DNA of 42,216 nt from Candidatus Niyogibacteria bacterium RIFCSPLOWO2_12_FULL_41_13 (GCA_001821615.1 MHMS01000025.1:23314-65529); one strand, 5' to 3'; shown: positions 18,906 through 29,283, counted from the stretch's first letter. Notes: generated by a model not told the origin, from the sequence alone. Numbers and translations are program-made.

Positions 18906-20174
18906 ATGGGAAATAAAATTAAGAAATTAATTTTTAAAGAAGAAAAACGCCAGCGCGAAACTTTAAACTTAATTGCTTCGGAAAATTATATACCCAAAAA
19001 CATCAGGGATGTTTTGTCTTCGCGTTTGAGCAACAAATATTCCGAAGGTTATCCGGGGAAGCGCTATTACGCCGGCAATGAATATATTGATGAAATTGAA
19101 AAATTGGCGCGGAAAAACGCTTTGGAATTATTCGGCTTAAAAGAAGCGGAATGGAGTGTTAATGTTCAGCCGTTGTCCGGCACGCCGGCAAATTTGGCGG
19201 TTTATTTTGCTTTAGTTCCGCTGAACGGCAAAATAATGGCTCAATGTTTGGATTGCGGAGGACATCTTTCGCACGGTTCCCCCCTAAGTATTACGAGCAA
19301 GTTATGGAAATGGGTGCATTATACTCTTGATAAAAAAACGCAAAAACTTGATTACAACGCGATTTTATCATTAGCCAAAAAAGAAAAGCCGAAACTTATT
19401 GTCGCCGGCGTTTCCGCTTATTCAAGAATTATTGATTTTAAAAAAATAGGCAAAATCGCCGAGAAAATCGGCGCTTATTTAATGGTTGATATGTCTCATA
19501 TCGCCGGACTTGTCGCCGGAAAAGTTTATCCAAGTCCGTTTCCCTGCGCCGATGTCGTTACTACCACCACTCATAAAACATTAAGAGGACCGAGAGGAGC
19601 GATAATTTTCGCAAATCGCAAATCGCAAATCGCAAAACGCGCAGACATAAATATCGTGAATCTTATTGACAAAGCGGTTTTTCCGGGATTGCAAGGGGGA
19701 CCGCATAATCAGCAGACTGCGGCAATCGCCTTATGTTTGGAAGAAGCGAAAAAACCGGCATTTAAAAAATACGCAAAACAAGTGGTTAAAAACGCGAAAA
19801 CATTGGCCGAAGAATTGCGGAAAAAAGATTTTAAAATAGTTTCCGGCGGAACAGATAGTCATCTGTTTTTGATTGATTTAATTTTTTCCGGCCTGGAATT
19901 CGGAGGAAAACAAGCGCAGGAGCGGTTGGAAAAAGGCGGTATTATTTTGAATATGAACATAATTCCGTTTGATGAAAAAAAAGCTCGCGATCCGTCGGGC
20001 ATTAGAATCGGAACGCCGGCAATTACATCAAGAGGAATGAAAGAAAAAGAAATGAAAACAATTGCCGGCTGGATTTCGGAAATTTTAAAATCGCCGGAAA
20101 CAGATTTGCCGATAGTTCAGAGGCGAATCAAAAAAGAAGTTGAAAAACTTTGCCGCGCTTTTCCAATATTATGA
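18906..20174 (+). CDS. glyA: Serine hydroxymethyltransferase
   Basis: LIASENY, KYSEGYPGKRYY, TTTTHKTLRGPRG (PLP lysine), FPGLQGGPH, SGIRIGTPAITSRG. Confidence 0.98.
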   Translation: MGNKIKKLIFKEEKRQRETLNLIASENYIPKNIRDVLSSRLSNKYSEGYPGKRYYAGNEYIDEIEKLARKNALELFGLKEAEWSVNVQPLSGTPANLAVYFALVPLNGKIMAQCLDCGGHLSHGSPLSITSKLWKWVHYTLDKKTQKLDYNAILSLAKKEKPKLIVAGVSAYSRIIDFKKIGKIAEKIGAYLMVDMSHIAGLVAGKVYPSPFPCADVVTTTTHKTLRGPRGAIIFANRKSQIAKRADINIVNLIDKAVFPGLQGGPHNQQTAAIALCLEEAKKPAFKKYAKQVVKNAKTLAEELRKKDFKIVSGGTDSHLFLIDLIFSGLEFGGKQAQERLEKGGIILNMNIIPFDEKKARDPSGIRIGTPAITSRGMKEKEMKTIAGWISEILKSPETDLPIVQRRIKKEVEKLCRAFPIL

Positions 20175-20440
20175 TAGCCAAGAAAATTCGGGTTTTCGGA
20201 CGGGTTCAGGGAATATTTTTTCGCCATTCCTCAAAAATAAAAGCCAATGAATTGGGGATTCGGGGCTACGCGCAAAACCGGGAAGACGGCTCGGTTGAAA
20301 TTTTTGTTCAGGGAGAAGATGAGGCGATTGAAAATTTCGTCGCTTGGGCAAGAAAAGGTCCGGATTCAGCCGAAGTAAAAGACATAAAAATTGAAACGAT
20401 TGAGTCCGAAAAAAAATTTAACGATTTTTACATTTTATGA
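20171..20440 (+). CDS. acyP: Acylphosphatase
   Basis: GRVQGIFFR, GYAQNREDGSVE, GP..AEV; ATGA overlap with the glyA stop. Confidence 0.93.
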   Translation: MIAKKIRVFGRVQGIFFRHSSKIKANELGIRGYAQNREDGSVEIFVQGEDEAIENFVAWARKGPDSAEVKDIKIETIESEKKFNDFYIL

Positions 20441-20554
20441 ACCCCGTTAGAAGCTCAAAATTAGGTCATTATTATAACAAGACTCAAGGCGAAGCCGCCT
20501 ATCGGCTATTATTATGATTTTTAAAGAGAACAATCTTAAAGCTTCTAACGGGGT
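20441..20554. mobile_element. MITE-like element (ACCCCGTTAGAAGC TIR) inserted at a start codon
   Basis: 15-bp TIR accccgttagaagct/agcttctaacggggt flanked by GA..GA; removing it restores ATG AAA TTA CTT ATT (MKLLIITQK) overlapping the acyP stop. Confidence 0.8.
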
Positions 20555-21596
20555 GAAATTACTTATTATTACTCAGAAAGTTGATGTCAACGACGATATT
20601 TTGGGATTTTTTCACGGCTGGCTGGAAAAATTCGCGAAGAAATTCAGCAAATTGACGGTGATTTGTTTGGAAAAAGGGGAGTATGTTTTGCCGCAAAACG
20701 TTGAAGTTTTGTCATTGGGCAAAGAAGCCGGAAAATCGCGGCTGAAATATATTTTTAGATTTTATAAATATATCTTTAAATATCGGGACGACTACGATGC
20801 GGTTTTTGTGCATATGAATCCGGAGTATGTTGTTTTGGGAGGATTATTTTGGAAGATAATGAGAAAAAAAATTCTGCTTTGGTATAACCATACTTACGGC
20901 GGTTTATTTGCCAAGCTCGGAATTATTTTTGCCGATATGGTTCTCCATACTTCTCCTTACGCTTTTTCGGCAAACACCAAAAAATCCGTCAGGATGCCGG
21001 CGGGAATTGACACTGAAATTTTCAAAAAAAATCCAGCCGCGGAAAAACTCAAAAATTCCATCTTGTACATCGGAAGATTCTCGCCGGTTAAAAATATTCA
21101 TATTCTTATTGAAGCGGCAAAAATTTTGGACAAGCAAAATTTAGATTTTTCCGTCTATTTATACGGCAAGCCGCCTGCAACGCATATCGGGTATTTCAAG
21201 CTGATTAAAGAATCCGCCCGGGAACTTGAGAAAAAAGGAAAATTATTTTTTAACGAGAGCGCGCCGAATTTTAAAACGCCGGAAATATACAATAAACACA
21301 TTGTTTCAGTTAATCTGACGCCGAGTGGAAACTATGACAAAACCGTTCTTGAATCAATGGCTTGCGAGACATTGGTTCTTGTTTCCAGCAAAGCGTTTGA
21401 GGACGCTTTGCCAAAAGAATTTATATTTAAAGAAAACGATGCGGATGATTTGGCCAAAAAACTTCAATCAGTGTTTAAATTGCCCGAAGACGAAAGAATT
21501 TTATTCGGTCAAAATTTTCGCCGTTATATAATTGAAAATCACAACCTCAATCTTTTGGCGGAGAAAATTTCCTCTGCAGTGGCTGTTCCCATTTAA
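20553..21596 (+). CDS. Glycosyltransferase family 4
   Basis: KLLIITQKVD, YIGRFSPVKN, YDKTVLESMAC (GT4 pattern). Probable start is GTG 20553 in the TIR; alternative ATG 20514 lies inside the element. Confidence 0.9.
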   Translation: MKLLIITQKVDVNDDILGFFHGWLEKFAKKFSKLTVICLEKGEYVLPQNVEVLSLGKEAGKSRLKYIFRFYKYIFKYRDDYDAVFVHMNPEYVVLGGLFWKIMRKKILLWYNHTYGGLFAKLGIIFADMVLHTSPYAFSANTKKSVRMPAGIDTEIFKKNPAAEKLKNSILYIGRFSPVKNIHILIEAAKILDKQNLDFSVYLYGKPPATHIGYFKLIKESARELEKKGKLFFNESAPNFKTPEIYNKHIVSVNLTPSGNYDKTVLESMACETLVLVSSKAFEDALPKEFIFKENDADDLAKKLQSVFKLPEDERILFGQNFRRYIIENHNLNLLAEKISSAVAVPI

Positions 21597-22161
21597 TTCC
21601 TTTTTTGTGGACAGTAGAGAGAACCTCAATGTCGTCAACGCCCCCAAACCAGTAGGCGAATATTCTATCGCTGAATGTGACATTTAAATTGAGAAACGCA
21701 TTGATGATTTTATTCGCTAATTTTGTGAACCACTTGCCTTTATATTTTGAATCCGGGTGGGGCGGAATGTCAAATCTCATCCAGGAGAAGCGTATTCGGT
21801 CATAGGTGAATTTCCGAGAATAGCGGTCAAGCAGGCGCATAGGAACAGCTGATTTATGTTTGTCGTTCATTCCAAAACCAGAAGCCAATACCCGGCTGAA
21901 ATGAGGATATTTCAAACTGATTTTAGCGCCGTCCTTGGATATGCGCCATAATTCGCACATAAAAGCGTCCACATCCGACTGATGCTCAATGACATGATGG
22001 GCTTCAATGTATTCAACGCTGTCGTCTTCAAACGGCCACGGGAAAATCTCCATATCCCAAAGCACATCCGGTTTGTATCTCGCGTCAAAATCCACGCAGA
22101 CGAATCCTTGCGATTGCTTTTCATTTGTCCGCGAGCCGCTTCCCAAATAAAGTTTCTTCAT
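21547..22161 (-). CDS. SAM-dependent methyltransferase (type 11-like)
   Basis: KLYLGSG, VCVD, WPFEDDSVEYIEAHHVIEH, ELWRISKDGA. Confidence 0.85.
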   Translation of the reverse strand: MKKLYLGSGSRTNEKQSQGFVCVDFDARYKPDVLWDMEIFPWPFEDDSVEYIEAHHVIEHQSDVDAFMCELWRISKDGAKISLKYPHFSRVLASGFGMNDKHKSAVPMRLLDRYSRKFTYDRIRFSWMRFDIPPHPDSKYKGKWFTKLANKIINAFLNLNVTFSDRIFAYWFGGVDDIEVLSTVHKKGIKWEQPLQRKFSPPKD

Positions 22162-22165
22162 AAAT

Positions 22166-23416
22166 TTATTTTAATTTTTTTGCGAGAAAAATCAAAACAG
22201 CCAAATTCAAAAAATCAGCGGAAATTCTTGAAACAACCGCGCCAATAATTCCAAAATAATAAATTAGAACAAAGAGAAGAATAATTTGAAAGACCGCTCT
22301 TAGGGCGTTAAACCGATAGAGCTCCTTTATCGCCAGTTTTGATTGGAGAAAGGAAAGGGGTAAAATCGCCGAAGTGAAAATTATTGAAAGAGCGAATATC
22401 CTCGAATAAAAAATTGACTCAAGATATTGAGGAAAGAAAAGTTTGTATAAAAACGGAGCGATGAAAAAGTAAATTAAAACTACTCCAATCAAAATCCCGC
22501 TCATTTTTAAAATTTTGCCCAGAAGGCCCATTTTTATCTCTTCGGTTTCCCTCACGGAAAACCTGAGGAGGATGAGAAGTTTTAAATTTTTAAAAGGAGC
22601 TTTTATTTGCTCCGGAACGGCAATGGCAAAATTATAAACAGCCAATTGGACCGGACCTAAATAGTGAAAAATCAGGATTTTATCCAACTGCTGGGCGATT
22701 AAGGGAAATAAATCCATTAAAGTTAAATGTTTCCCGTAAGAAATGGTTTCTTCGGTTTTTTCTTCTTTTGGCGGAAAGCGCCGAAGAGTAACAATTAAAA
22801 AAAATAGCCGAAACAAAGTCCAGAGAAGAAAATAAGCAAGAGTAATCAGAAAAATGTTTTTGGTTACAAATAAAACTAAAATCAAAAAAACGCTTACTCC
22901 GGTAAAACTGACGATTCCGTAAATAGTGGAAGAGCGAAAGTTTTTTTGTCCTTGGAGAAAATAATTATAGAGTGAGAGCGAATCCATAAAAGGAATAAAG
23001 AAGCCGGGTATCATAAACAGGAGAGCAAGATTATTATTATCGTTTAAATAATAATAGAGAGCCAGAAATAAACTTAATAAACCGCCCAAAAATCCGAATT
23101 GAATTTTTGTTTTCAAAGACGGCATAAATGAACCCTCGTAACCTCTCGCAACCGCCTGAATTATCGCCGTATTAATTCCCGGGAGAGTTGAAATCGCAAG
23201 TATTCCGACAATTGAAAGGACATATTTATAAAGACCGAATGTTTCCTTTGGCAGTAAATTGGCAAAAGCGATTGCCAGAATAAACGAAGAAGCGGCGGAA
23301 ACGATTTGTCCGAGCGTCAGCCAAAAACCGCCGCGAGCCAGATAAATCATATCAGTGGCGGTATGTTGTTCCGACCATTTCAAAAGATTGTAAATTTTGT
23401 TTTTTAATTTTTCCAT
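22166..23416 (-). CDS. Oligosaccharide flippase (Wzx/MOP superfamily)
   Basis: About 12 hydrophobic segments, ANLLPKETFGLY, DKILIFHYLGPVQLAVY. Confidence 0.88.
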   Translation of the reverse strand: MEKLKNKIYNLLKWSEQHTATDMIYLARGGFWLTLGQIVSAASSFILAIAFANLLPKETFGLYKYVLSIVGILAISTLPGINTAIIQAVARGYEGSFMPSLKTKIQFGFLGGLLSLFLALYYYLNDNNNLALLFMIPGFFIPFMDSLSLYNYFLQGQKNFRSSTIYGIVSFTGVSVFLILVLFVTKNIFLITLAYFLLWTLFRLFFLIVTLRRFPPKEEKTEETISYGKHLTLMDLFPLIAQQLDKILIFHYLGPVQLAVYNFAIAVPEQIKAPFKNLKLLILLRFSVRETEEIKMGLLGKILKMSGILIGVVLIYFFIAPFLYKLFFPQYLESIFYSRIFALSIIFTSAILPLSFLQSKLAIKELYRFNALRAVFQIILLFVLIYYFGIIGAVVSRISADFLNLAVLIFLAKKLK

Positions 23417-23427
23417 TTTAATTTATT

Positions 23428-26400
23428 TTACGGACCGAAAATGCCGGCGGGCGAGGAAATTGACGTATTGTTGATAAAAGTTAAATTACTGAATATGACC
23501 GCGGAATTTGCCGGCCAATCGGGCGCGTTAATCGCCAAAGTGTTATCTTCAAAGATAACATTTTCAAGAGTCATATTTGAACCCGTAAGATACAAAGCTG
23601 ATTTTTGTCCGGGATTTGGCGTTCTGTGTTTTGCAAAAGTTGAATTTTTGATCGTTGAAGTGGATGAAATAGAAGCCAATCCGTAGTATTGATTGTTTTC
23701 AAAAATCGCGTTATCTATTTCCAGCCGGCTTTGTTCCAGATAAAGAGCGGCTGAAGTTCCGCCGAAAACAAACTGGCCGGCGGATTTAACAGTAGTGCCT
23801 TTTATTTTGATAAAAGAGCCCGGTTTCCCCCTGATTCCATACCAGTCTCCGGCGTTTGACGGTTCGTAAGATGACGTGAAAATTATATCATTCGGATTTA
23901 TTCCATCGGCGATTAAATTGCCAAAAACATTAATCCCGCTTCCGTTTTTGCCTTTTATGACCGTGTTTGGCTTTATAGTCAGAGTTGAAGAAGCGTTAAT
24001 CTGGCTGAATCCGTCAAGAACATAGGGCAGGGAATTGGCGGAAAGAACGACGGCGCTATTGGTTTGTGTTTGAACGCTGTTCAAAACAATGCCATTGACG
24101 CCGTTTCCCGAACCGGAATTTTGAGAGAAATTTGAAACGACGCCTGTGGCCAAAATTGGCTCTTGCGAATTATTGTTAAAAACATTATTCTCTACATTCC
24201 CAAAATCATTAATAAGATATAATCCCCTTTTGTTATTTTGAAAAGTATTGTTGATTATTGTCGGGTTTCCTCCTTCAAGTTGAATTCCCGACGAATATCC
24301 TTCTGAAATATTATTGTTATTGCGGAAAGTATTATTAGAAATAAGAGAAGGGGAATTTATTAATTTCAGGCCGGAGACATAAGAATATTCAAAGATAGAA
24401 TTTTGAACAGTTGAAATTGCTTGGTCGATTCTTAAGAGAGCCCGGCCGCTAGACTGACCAGAGTAATACATTCCGCCATATCTGAAAATGGCGTGGTTGA
24501 CGGTTGAGGAAGAAGTTGAGCTAAGATAAACTTCTTTCCAGTTGCCCGAAGCGGGCGAAGTTGAAGTAGTGTCGCCGTTTAAATCTCCGCCGTATTCATC
24601 GTCAAGAAAGCTCGTGAAAACCACTGGCGAAGAAGAAGCGCCTTGAACTAAAAGATTGCCGTTTATATTAAGAGAAATTCCGCTTCCAGTTTTGAATTTA
24701 ATCACCACGCCTGAATTTATTGTTAAGGTCTTATCTTGCGATAAAGTTAAAGCGCTCTCAACAAGATAAGGACTTTTGGTTTTAGTTAAAGTAATATCCT
24801 GATTTATTATAGGATTTGTTGAAATCAAATAACTGGCGCTGTTGCGGGCCTTGGGAGTTGCGTTTATTTGATTATTATTAACATCGCGGCCATTTTTAAT
24901 AAGGGTATTGTTGCTTTGCCAGTTGCTGGCTATGTTTCCGGAATTTAGCGAATCAAATCTTTCCATAGAAACATAGGCTGAAATGCCGCCAGCGGGCCAG
25001 GAGCCGCTTGGCGTTGAATCAATCGTTGTCGTGGCATTATTTGATACCATTGCTAATTCTAAAATTTCGCCGGAATTATTTAAGCCATAACTAAAACTTG
25101 TCCATAAATCAGCTGTAATGTCTTTGATCGGACTTTGGGTAGATTCGTCGGTATCGCCGGTGTTTTTTCTTTCAATCAGATAATAGTTCTTTGCCGGAAT
25201 TGCGCCGGATAGCTGAATATAAGGGCTTAAATCAGTTTTTGAATACAAAACCCAGTTGGTCAAAGAGATTGTTTTTGAAGTTCGGTTGTATAACTCAATA
25301 AATTCGTCTGATGGATAATTCGCGCCAGTTCCCATCCAGCCGATTTCATTAATAACAACCGGCAGGGTGTTTATTTCCGCGGAAGTTGTCGCGGCGGACG
25401 ACCAATTTCCGGATTGGTCAATCGCCCGCAAGGAAAAATCGTAGTTGGAATTATCAGCGAGCGTTAATGCGGTTGAAGTGGCGGTGGTGGTGGCGGTGTT
25501 TGAGCCGTAGCTTAATTCATAGTAATCAATGTCTTGATTGGAACTTGACCAAGCGAGATTAAGAGTTGTTGTCGCCGTTAAGCATCCTTCTGGTTCTGGA
25601 GAAAGAGAATTTGAACACTGGGAAATAGAAAATGAAGAAATTTCCGGGCCAACGGAGTCTATAAATAATGTTGCCGCGGTTGAGGAGGAAATATTGTTTG
25701 AAAGGTCAACGGCGTAAAAATCAATCGTGGTTGTTCCTTGATTAAACGATAGATTCAGCGACCAGTTGCCAGACCCGCCAGCAGTAGTCGTGGCAGTCGT
25801 GGTAGAACTATTTAATTGATAGATGACTTTAATGGTTGAAATGGCCTCGGCCGTTCCCTGAAAATCAATACTTGTGGTTGCGAAAGTTTGATTGAAGTTT
25901 GACGGAGAGTTGATGGTTGGCGGGTTAGGCGGCGTGGTGTCGGTGGGCGCGTTAATTGAAACCGCTTTTGTTGAAGTTGCCGACCAATTGTCGGTCTTAT
26001 CTTTGGCGCGCAGGGAAAAAACGTAAGAGGTATTATCAGAAAGAATTAAGGTTGTTGAGGTTGCGATTGTTGTTGAAATATTTCCAGCATAAGAAAGTTC
26101 ATAATAATCAAGATCAATGGCGCTTGAATTCCAGAGAAGATGGAGAGTGGTTGTTGCGACTTGGCAATTTTGGCCGGACGAGCATTCGGCAATTGAAAAA
26201 GTATCAATGGTTGGACCGATTGAGTCAATGAATAATTGAACGCTTATTGTTTGCGATTGATTGCCGGCCAAATCTTCCGCGTAAAAATTAATTGTTGTAG
26301 TTCCCTGATTTAAATTTAAAGACAAAGACCATTCGCCAAGATTTGAAACCGTTGTTGTGGCGGAACTTGCCGTTACTACGGAATTCGCCTCGGCTGTTCC

Positions 26401-28800
26401 CTGAAAAGTTATTTGCGAAGAGGTGAATGTTTGATTAAAACTTGACGGCGAAGTGATAGTCGGAGCATTGGGCGGAGTGGTGTCAGTCGGAGGAGTTTGG
26501 CTTGCTCTGTTTTGGCAATTATTTTCCGTTTTGGGAGTGGCAATAGCCGTGCACCAGGAAGCGTCATTTTTTTGCATTGTTTCTTTGGTGCTATTGTCTC
26601 CGGCTGGCCAGCTGGCGCTTGAATTGAGAACGGTTTGGTCAATGGTCGTGGTGGCGTTATTCGCGACATAAGAGAGAACAAGAATTTCGCCGCTGTTGTT
26701 TAAAGCGCCGGTGTAAATTTTGTCTGCCGCGATGTCGGGAACGGCGTTGTCGTCAGTCCTTTCTAATAAATAATATCCGAACGGCGAAATTAAACTTGTT
26801 AATTTTATATAAGGAGCGAGATTGGTTGAAGAATACAAAACGAAATTTTCCATTTTGATTGTCCGGTTTGTCGGATTATACAATTCAATCCATTCGTCGG
26901 ACGAACTTGTTGCCGTGCCCATCCAGGCAATTTCGTTGATGATTACCGGCTGGGTGTTTATTTCAATTGAGACAGTAGAAGTCGCCGACCAATTGTTTGA
27001 TTTGTCAACCGCTCGGAGCGAAAACGAGTAAGCTGTGTTATTTTGAAGGGTTAATGATGTTGATGTTGCCGTCGTGGTTGAAATGTTTGCGCCATAAGAT
27101 AATTCGTAATAATTTAAATCCGAATCATTGGAATTCCAAAGAAGATTAATGGTTGTAGTCGCGATTAAGCAGTTTTGGGATGAGAGCGAATTTTGGCATT
27201 CAAGAACGGAAAAAAAACTTATTGAGGGTGGCGTTGTATCCGATGGGGTTGTATCTAATAGAATTGTGTTTTGGGAAACCATATTCGGAGTCGGCGATTG
27301 ATTCCCTCCGCCTCCTGCTCCCGGCGCTGAAGGAATTGCGATTAAGCCGTATCGGTCAATAATGGAAGAAGCCGGCTTTTTTGCCGGCGGAATGGCGTAC
27401 ACATAGGTTGGAATATTGGAAGTGGGATTTTCTATCGTTTTAGTATTTGGAAATAGGGTTTCCAAGTTCGTATTTTGTACTGTTGGAGATGCCATCTCCA
27501 ATTGGTCTGACTGAATCCCCAATGATTGAGTTGTTGCCGATTGGAAAGAAGAAGCTTGAGTTTCTGTTCCAAGAGATATAACAGAAGAAGTTTGCGGCTC
27601 TTGTTGAGAAAAAATATTTTTTAGAATATCAGCCGGCTTTAATATAACATCGCGGTAGAATTTTCTGGCTGTGGTTTTAATTATTGCTTGCGCAATTCCG
27701 GATTTTGTTTGTTCATTTAAAAAAGAAATTGTCTGGTCAGATGTATTTGGTTTTGGCGGCGAAGCAAGTTTTTCAGGATTTTGTTTGGCTTTTTCTGTTT
27801 CTTGATGAAAAAGATTGATAATTCCCGCGCCATTGATAATTGCTTGGCGGGAAAGAAGGGCGAAGTAGTCGGATAGGATTGGATAATAGTCATCACTAGA
27901 TTTAATTGTATAAGTTTCGATAATTTTATAACCATCTTTTTTAATATCTTTCATTACTAATTTAAATTTTTTATTGTTTTCATCTATACCATAACAAAAT
28001 TCATTATCACAATTTTGTTTAACGATATTAAGATCGGGTAGCTTATATTTACTATTATCTATCGTATCTTTGCTGAAAAAATTATTATTAGAATATTTAG
28101 CTAAATCAATTAAATATTCATTAATTGTGTTTTTAATGTTTGGCTTAAAGTCTTTGTCCTTTAATTCTTCTGAAATATTAAAATTTTGTCTGTCAAACTT
28201 TGCTGTATAAATTTCATAAGGACTGCCCAGATCCCCAGTAATATTTTGTACTGGTTCTGCATGAGTATCATTTCTTGTGTGTTCTGGCACAGTTGCGTCT
28301 TCTATTAAATGAAGAATAAATCCTAAAGTATAATAAGCTTCTTTTTTGTTATTATTTACAGCTAATTCATAAATGGCTTTTTCCCAAGTATGGTTTCCTA
28401 AAAATTGATGATAAGAAGTTTGTAAGTTTTGATTATGTAGCCATTCTAAAGAAGAGACCGGCGATTTATCAGCGATTAGGGCGTAAGAAACAGATTGAAC
28501 AAGCCAATTCGGCATAATGCCAGTTTTTTCACCAGTCCACCCTTGATTATAAATCGGGTCATAAAAATGATTTATCCATCTTGGTATAGTGTCTTCATCG
28601 TGCGAACCCTGAATAATCCATTCTTTTTCTTCATCTGTGATTTTTGGGTCAAAAAATAAATTGTAAAAATCCATTATCTCATCGGTTAAAGCTGGATGAG
28701 TGGTAGTATCGTTGTAGGCCTTGGAAAAATCTGATAGAAAATAACCAGTTATAATAAAAACTATAAATACAATAAAATAAAATTTATGATATTTTATCAT
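23428..28800 (-). CDS. Giant exported protein: signal peptide, Zn-phospholipase C/P1-nuclease-like domain, S/T/P/Q linker, FN3/Ig-like repeats, two lamin-tail domains, right-handed beta-helix
   Basis: THPAL, GSHDED, NHFYD, HLIED..VPEH and YE metal ligands; two VVINEI.WMG...DE(W/F)IELYN lamin-tail motifs; three WNS..D.YYELSY...Y.FSLRA.D repeats; N/S/I-rich beta-helix repeats. Confidence 0.9.
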   Translation of the reverse strand: MIKYHKFYFIVFIVFIITGYFLSDFSKAYNDTTTHPALTDEIMDFYNLFFDPKITDEEKEWIIQGSHDEDTIPRWINHFYDPIYNQGWTGEKTGIMPNWLVQSVSYALIADKSPVSSLEWLHNQNLQTSYHQFLGNHTWEKAIYELAVNNNKKEAYYTLGFILHLIEDATVPEHTRNDTHAEPVQNITGDLGSPYEIYTAKFDRQNFNISEELKDKDFKPNIKNTINEYLIDLAKYSNNNFFSKDTIDNSKYKLPDLNIVKQNCDNEFCYGIDENNKKFKLVMKDIKKDGYKIIETYTIKSSDDYYPILSDYFALLSRQAIINGAGIINLFHQETEKAKQNPEKLASPPKPNTSDQTISFLNEQTKSGIAQAIIKTTARKFYRDVILKPADILKNIFSQQEPQTSSVISLGTETQASSFQSATTQSLGIQSDQLEMASPTVQNTNLETLFPNTKTIENPTSNIPTYVYAIPPAKKPASSIIDRYGLIAIPSAPGAGGGGNQSPTPNMVSQNTILLDTTPSDTTPPSISFFSVLECQNSLSSQNCLIATTTINLLWNSNDSDLNYYELSYGANISTTTATSTSLTLQNNTAYSFSLRAVDKSNNWSATSTVSIEINTQPVIINEIAWMGTATSSSDEWIELYNPTNRTIKMENFVLYSSTNLAPYIKLTSLISPFGYYLLERTDDNAVPDIAADKIYTGALNNSGEILVLSYVANNATTTIDQTVLNSSASWPAGDNSTKETMQKNDASWCTAIATPKTENNCQNRASQTPPTDTTPPNAPTITSPSSFNQTFTSSQITFQGTAEANSVVTASSATTTVSNLGEWSLSLNLNQGTTTINFYAEDLAGNQSQTISVQLFIDSIGPTIDTFSIAECSSGQNCQVATTTLHLLWNSSAIDLDYYELSYAGNISTTIATSTTLILSDNTSYVFSLRAKDKTDNWSATSTKAVSINAPTDTTPPNPPTINSPSNFNQTFATTSIDFQGTAEAISTIKVIYQLNSSTTTATTTAGGSGNWSLNLSFNQGTTTIDFYAVDLSNNISSSTAATLFIDSVGPEISSFSISQCSNSLSPEPEGCLTATTTLNLAWSSSNQDIDYYELSYGSNTATTTATSTALTLADNSNYDFSLRAIDQSGNWSSAATTSAEINTLPVVINEIGWMGTGANYPSDEFIELYNRTSKTISLTNWVLYSKTDLSPYIQLSGAIPAKNYYLIERKNTGDTDESTQSPIKDITADLWTSFSYGLNNSGEILELAMVSNNATTTIDSTPSGSWPAGGISAYVSMERFDSLNSGNIASNWQSNNTLIKNGRDVNNNQINATPKARNSASYLISTNPIINQDITLTKTKSPYLVESALTLSQDKTLTINSGVVIKFKTGSGISLNINGNLLVQGASSSPVVFTSFLDDEYGGDLNGDTTSTSPASGNWKEVYLSSTSSSTVNHAIFRYGGMYYSGQSSGRALLRIDQAISTVQNSIFEYSYVSGLKLINSPSLISNNTFRNNNNISEGYSSGIQLEGGNPTIINNTFQNNKRGLYLINDFGNVENNVFNNNSQEPILATGVVSNFSQNSGSGNGVNGIVLNSVQTQTNSAVVLSANSLPYVLDGFSQINASSTLTIKPNTVIKGKNGSGINVFGNLIADGINPNDIIFTSSYEPSNAGDWYGIRGKPGSFIKIKGTTVKSAGQFVFGGTSAALYLEQSRLEIDNAIFENNQYYGLASISSTSTIKNSTFAKHRTPNPGQKSALYLTGSNMTLENVIFEDNTLAINAPDWPANSAVIFSNLTFINNTSISSPAGIFGP

Positions 28801-28806
28801 AAATTT

Positions 28807-29283
28807 TTATATATCAGTTAATTTCCAGATACCAGATGGGTATTTAATAAACTCTATCAAAATAGGTTTTCTTATTAAATAAAGATTTTCATTTTGAGAA
28901 TATTTACCTTGATATTGTAGAGATTGTTTTAATAAATTAAGAACATTTTTAATATCTTTTTTTTGAGCATTTTTTAGATCATCTAGCTCCTTTTCTTGTT
29001 TTTCAAGAATAAAATACCTACTCGCCAATTCATAATCTCCTTTTTCCACCGCCTCAATAAACATTTGAAGTGTTTTCTGCGGAGTTTTGCCGCCATAGGT
29101 GTCGGCCATTAGTTTTTGCCTTTCTGTTTCTTCTTGCTTTTTGATTCCTTCTTGAAATTTTTTCAGCGCGCGCTTTTGCTGAAATTTTTTGTAATAAACA
29201 TAGGAATAAACGCCAGCGTTAAATCCGCCGTAAAGAACGCCAAGAGCGACAATTATTAAACCAAAAAATTTTATAACTTTCAT
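28807..29283 (-). CDS. Membrane-anchored protein with coiled coil and DTYGGKTP..TL..FI.A.EKGDYELASRYF domain (NTF2-like by inference)
   Basis: 158-aa ORF, N-terminal TM helix; ends 6 nt before the giant gene's ATG. Confidence 0.85.
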   Translation of the reverse strand: MKVIKFFGLIIVALGVLYGGFNAGVYSYVYYKKFQQKRALKKFQEGIKKQEETERQKLMADTYGGKTPQKTLQMFIEAVEKGDYELASRYFILEKQEKELDDLKNAQKKDIKNVLNLLKQSLQYQGKYSQNENLYLIRKPILIEFIKYPSGIWKLTDI

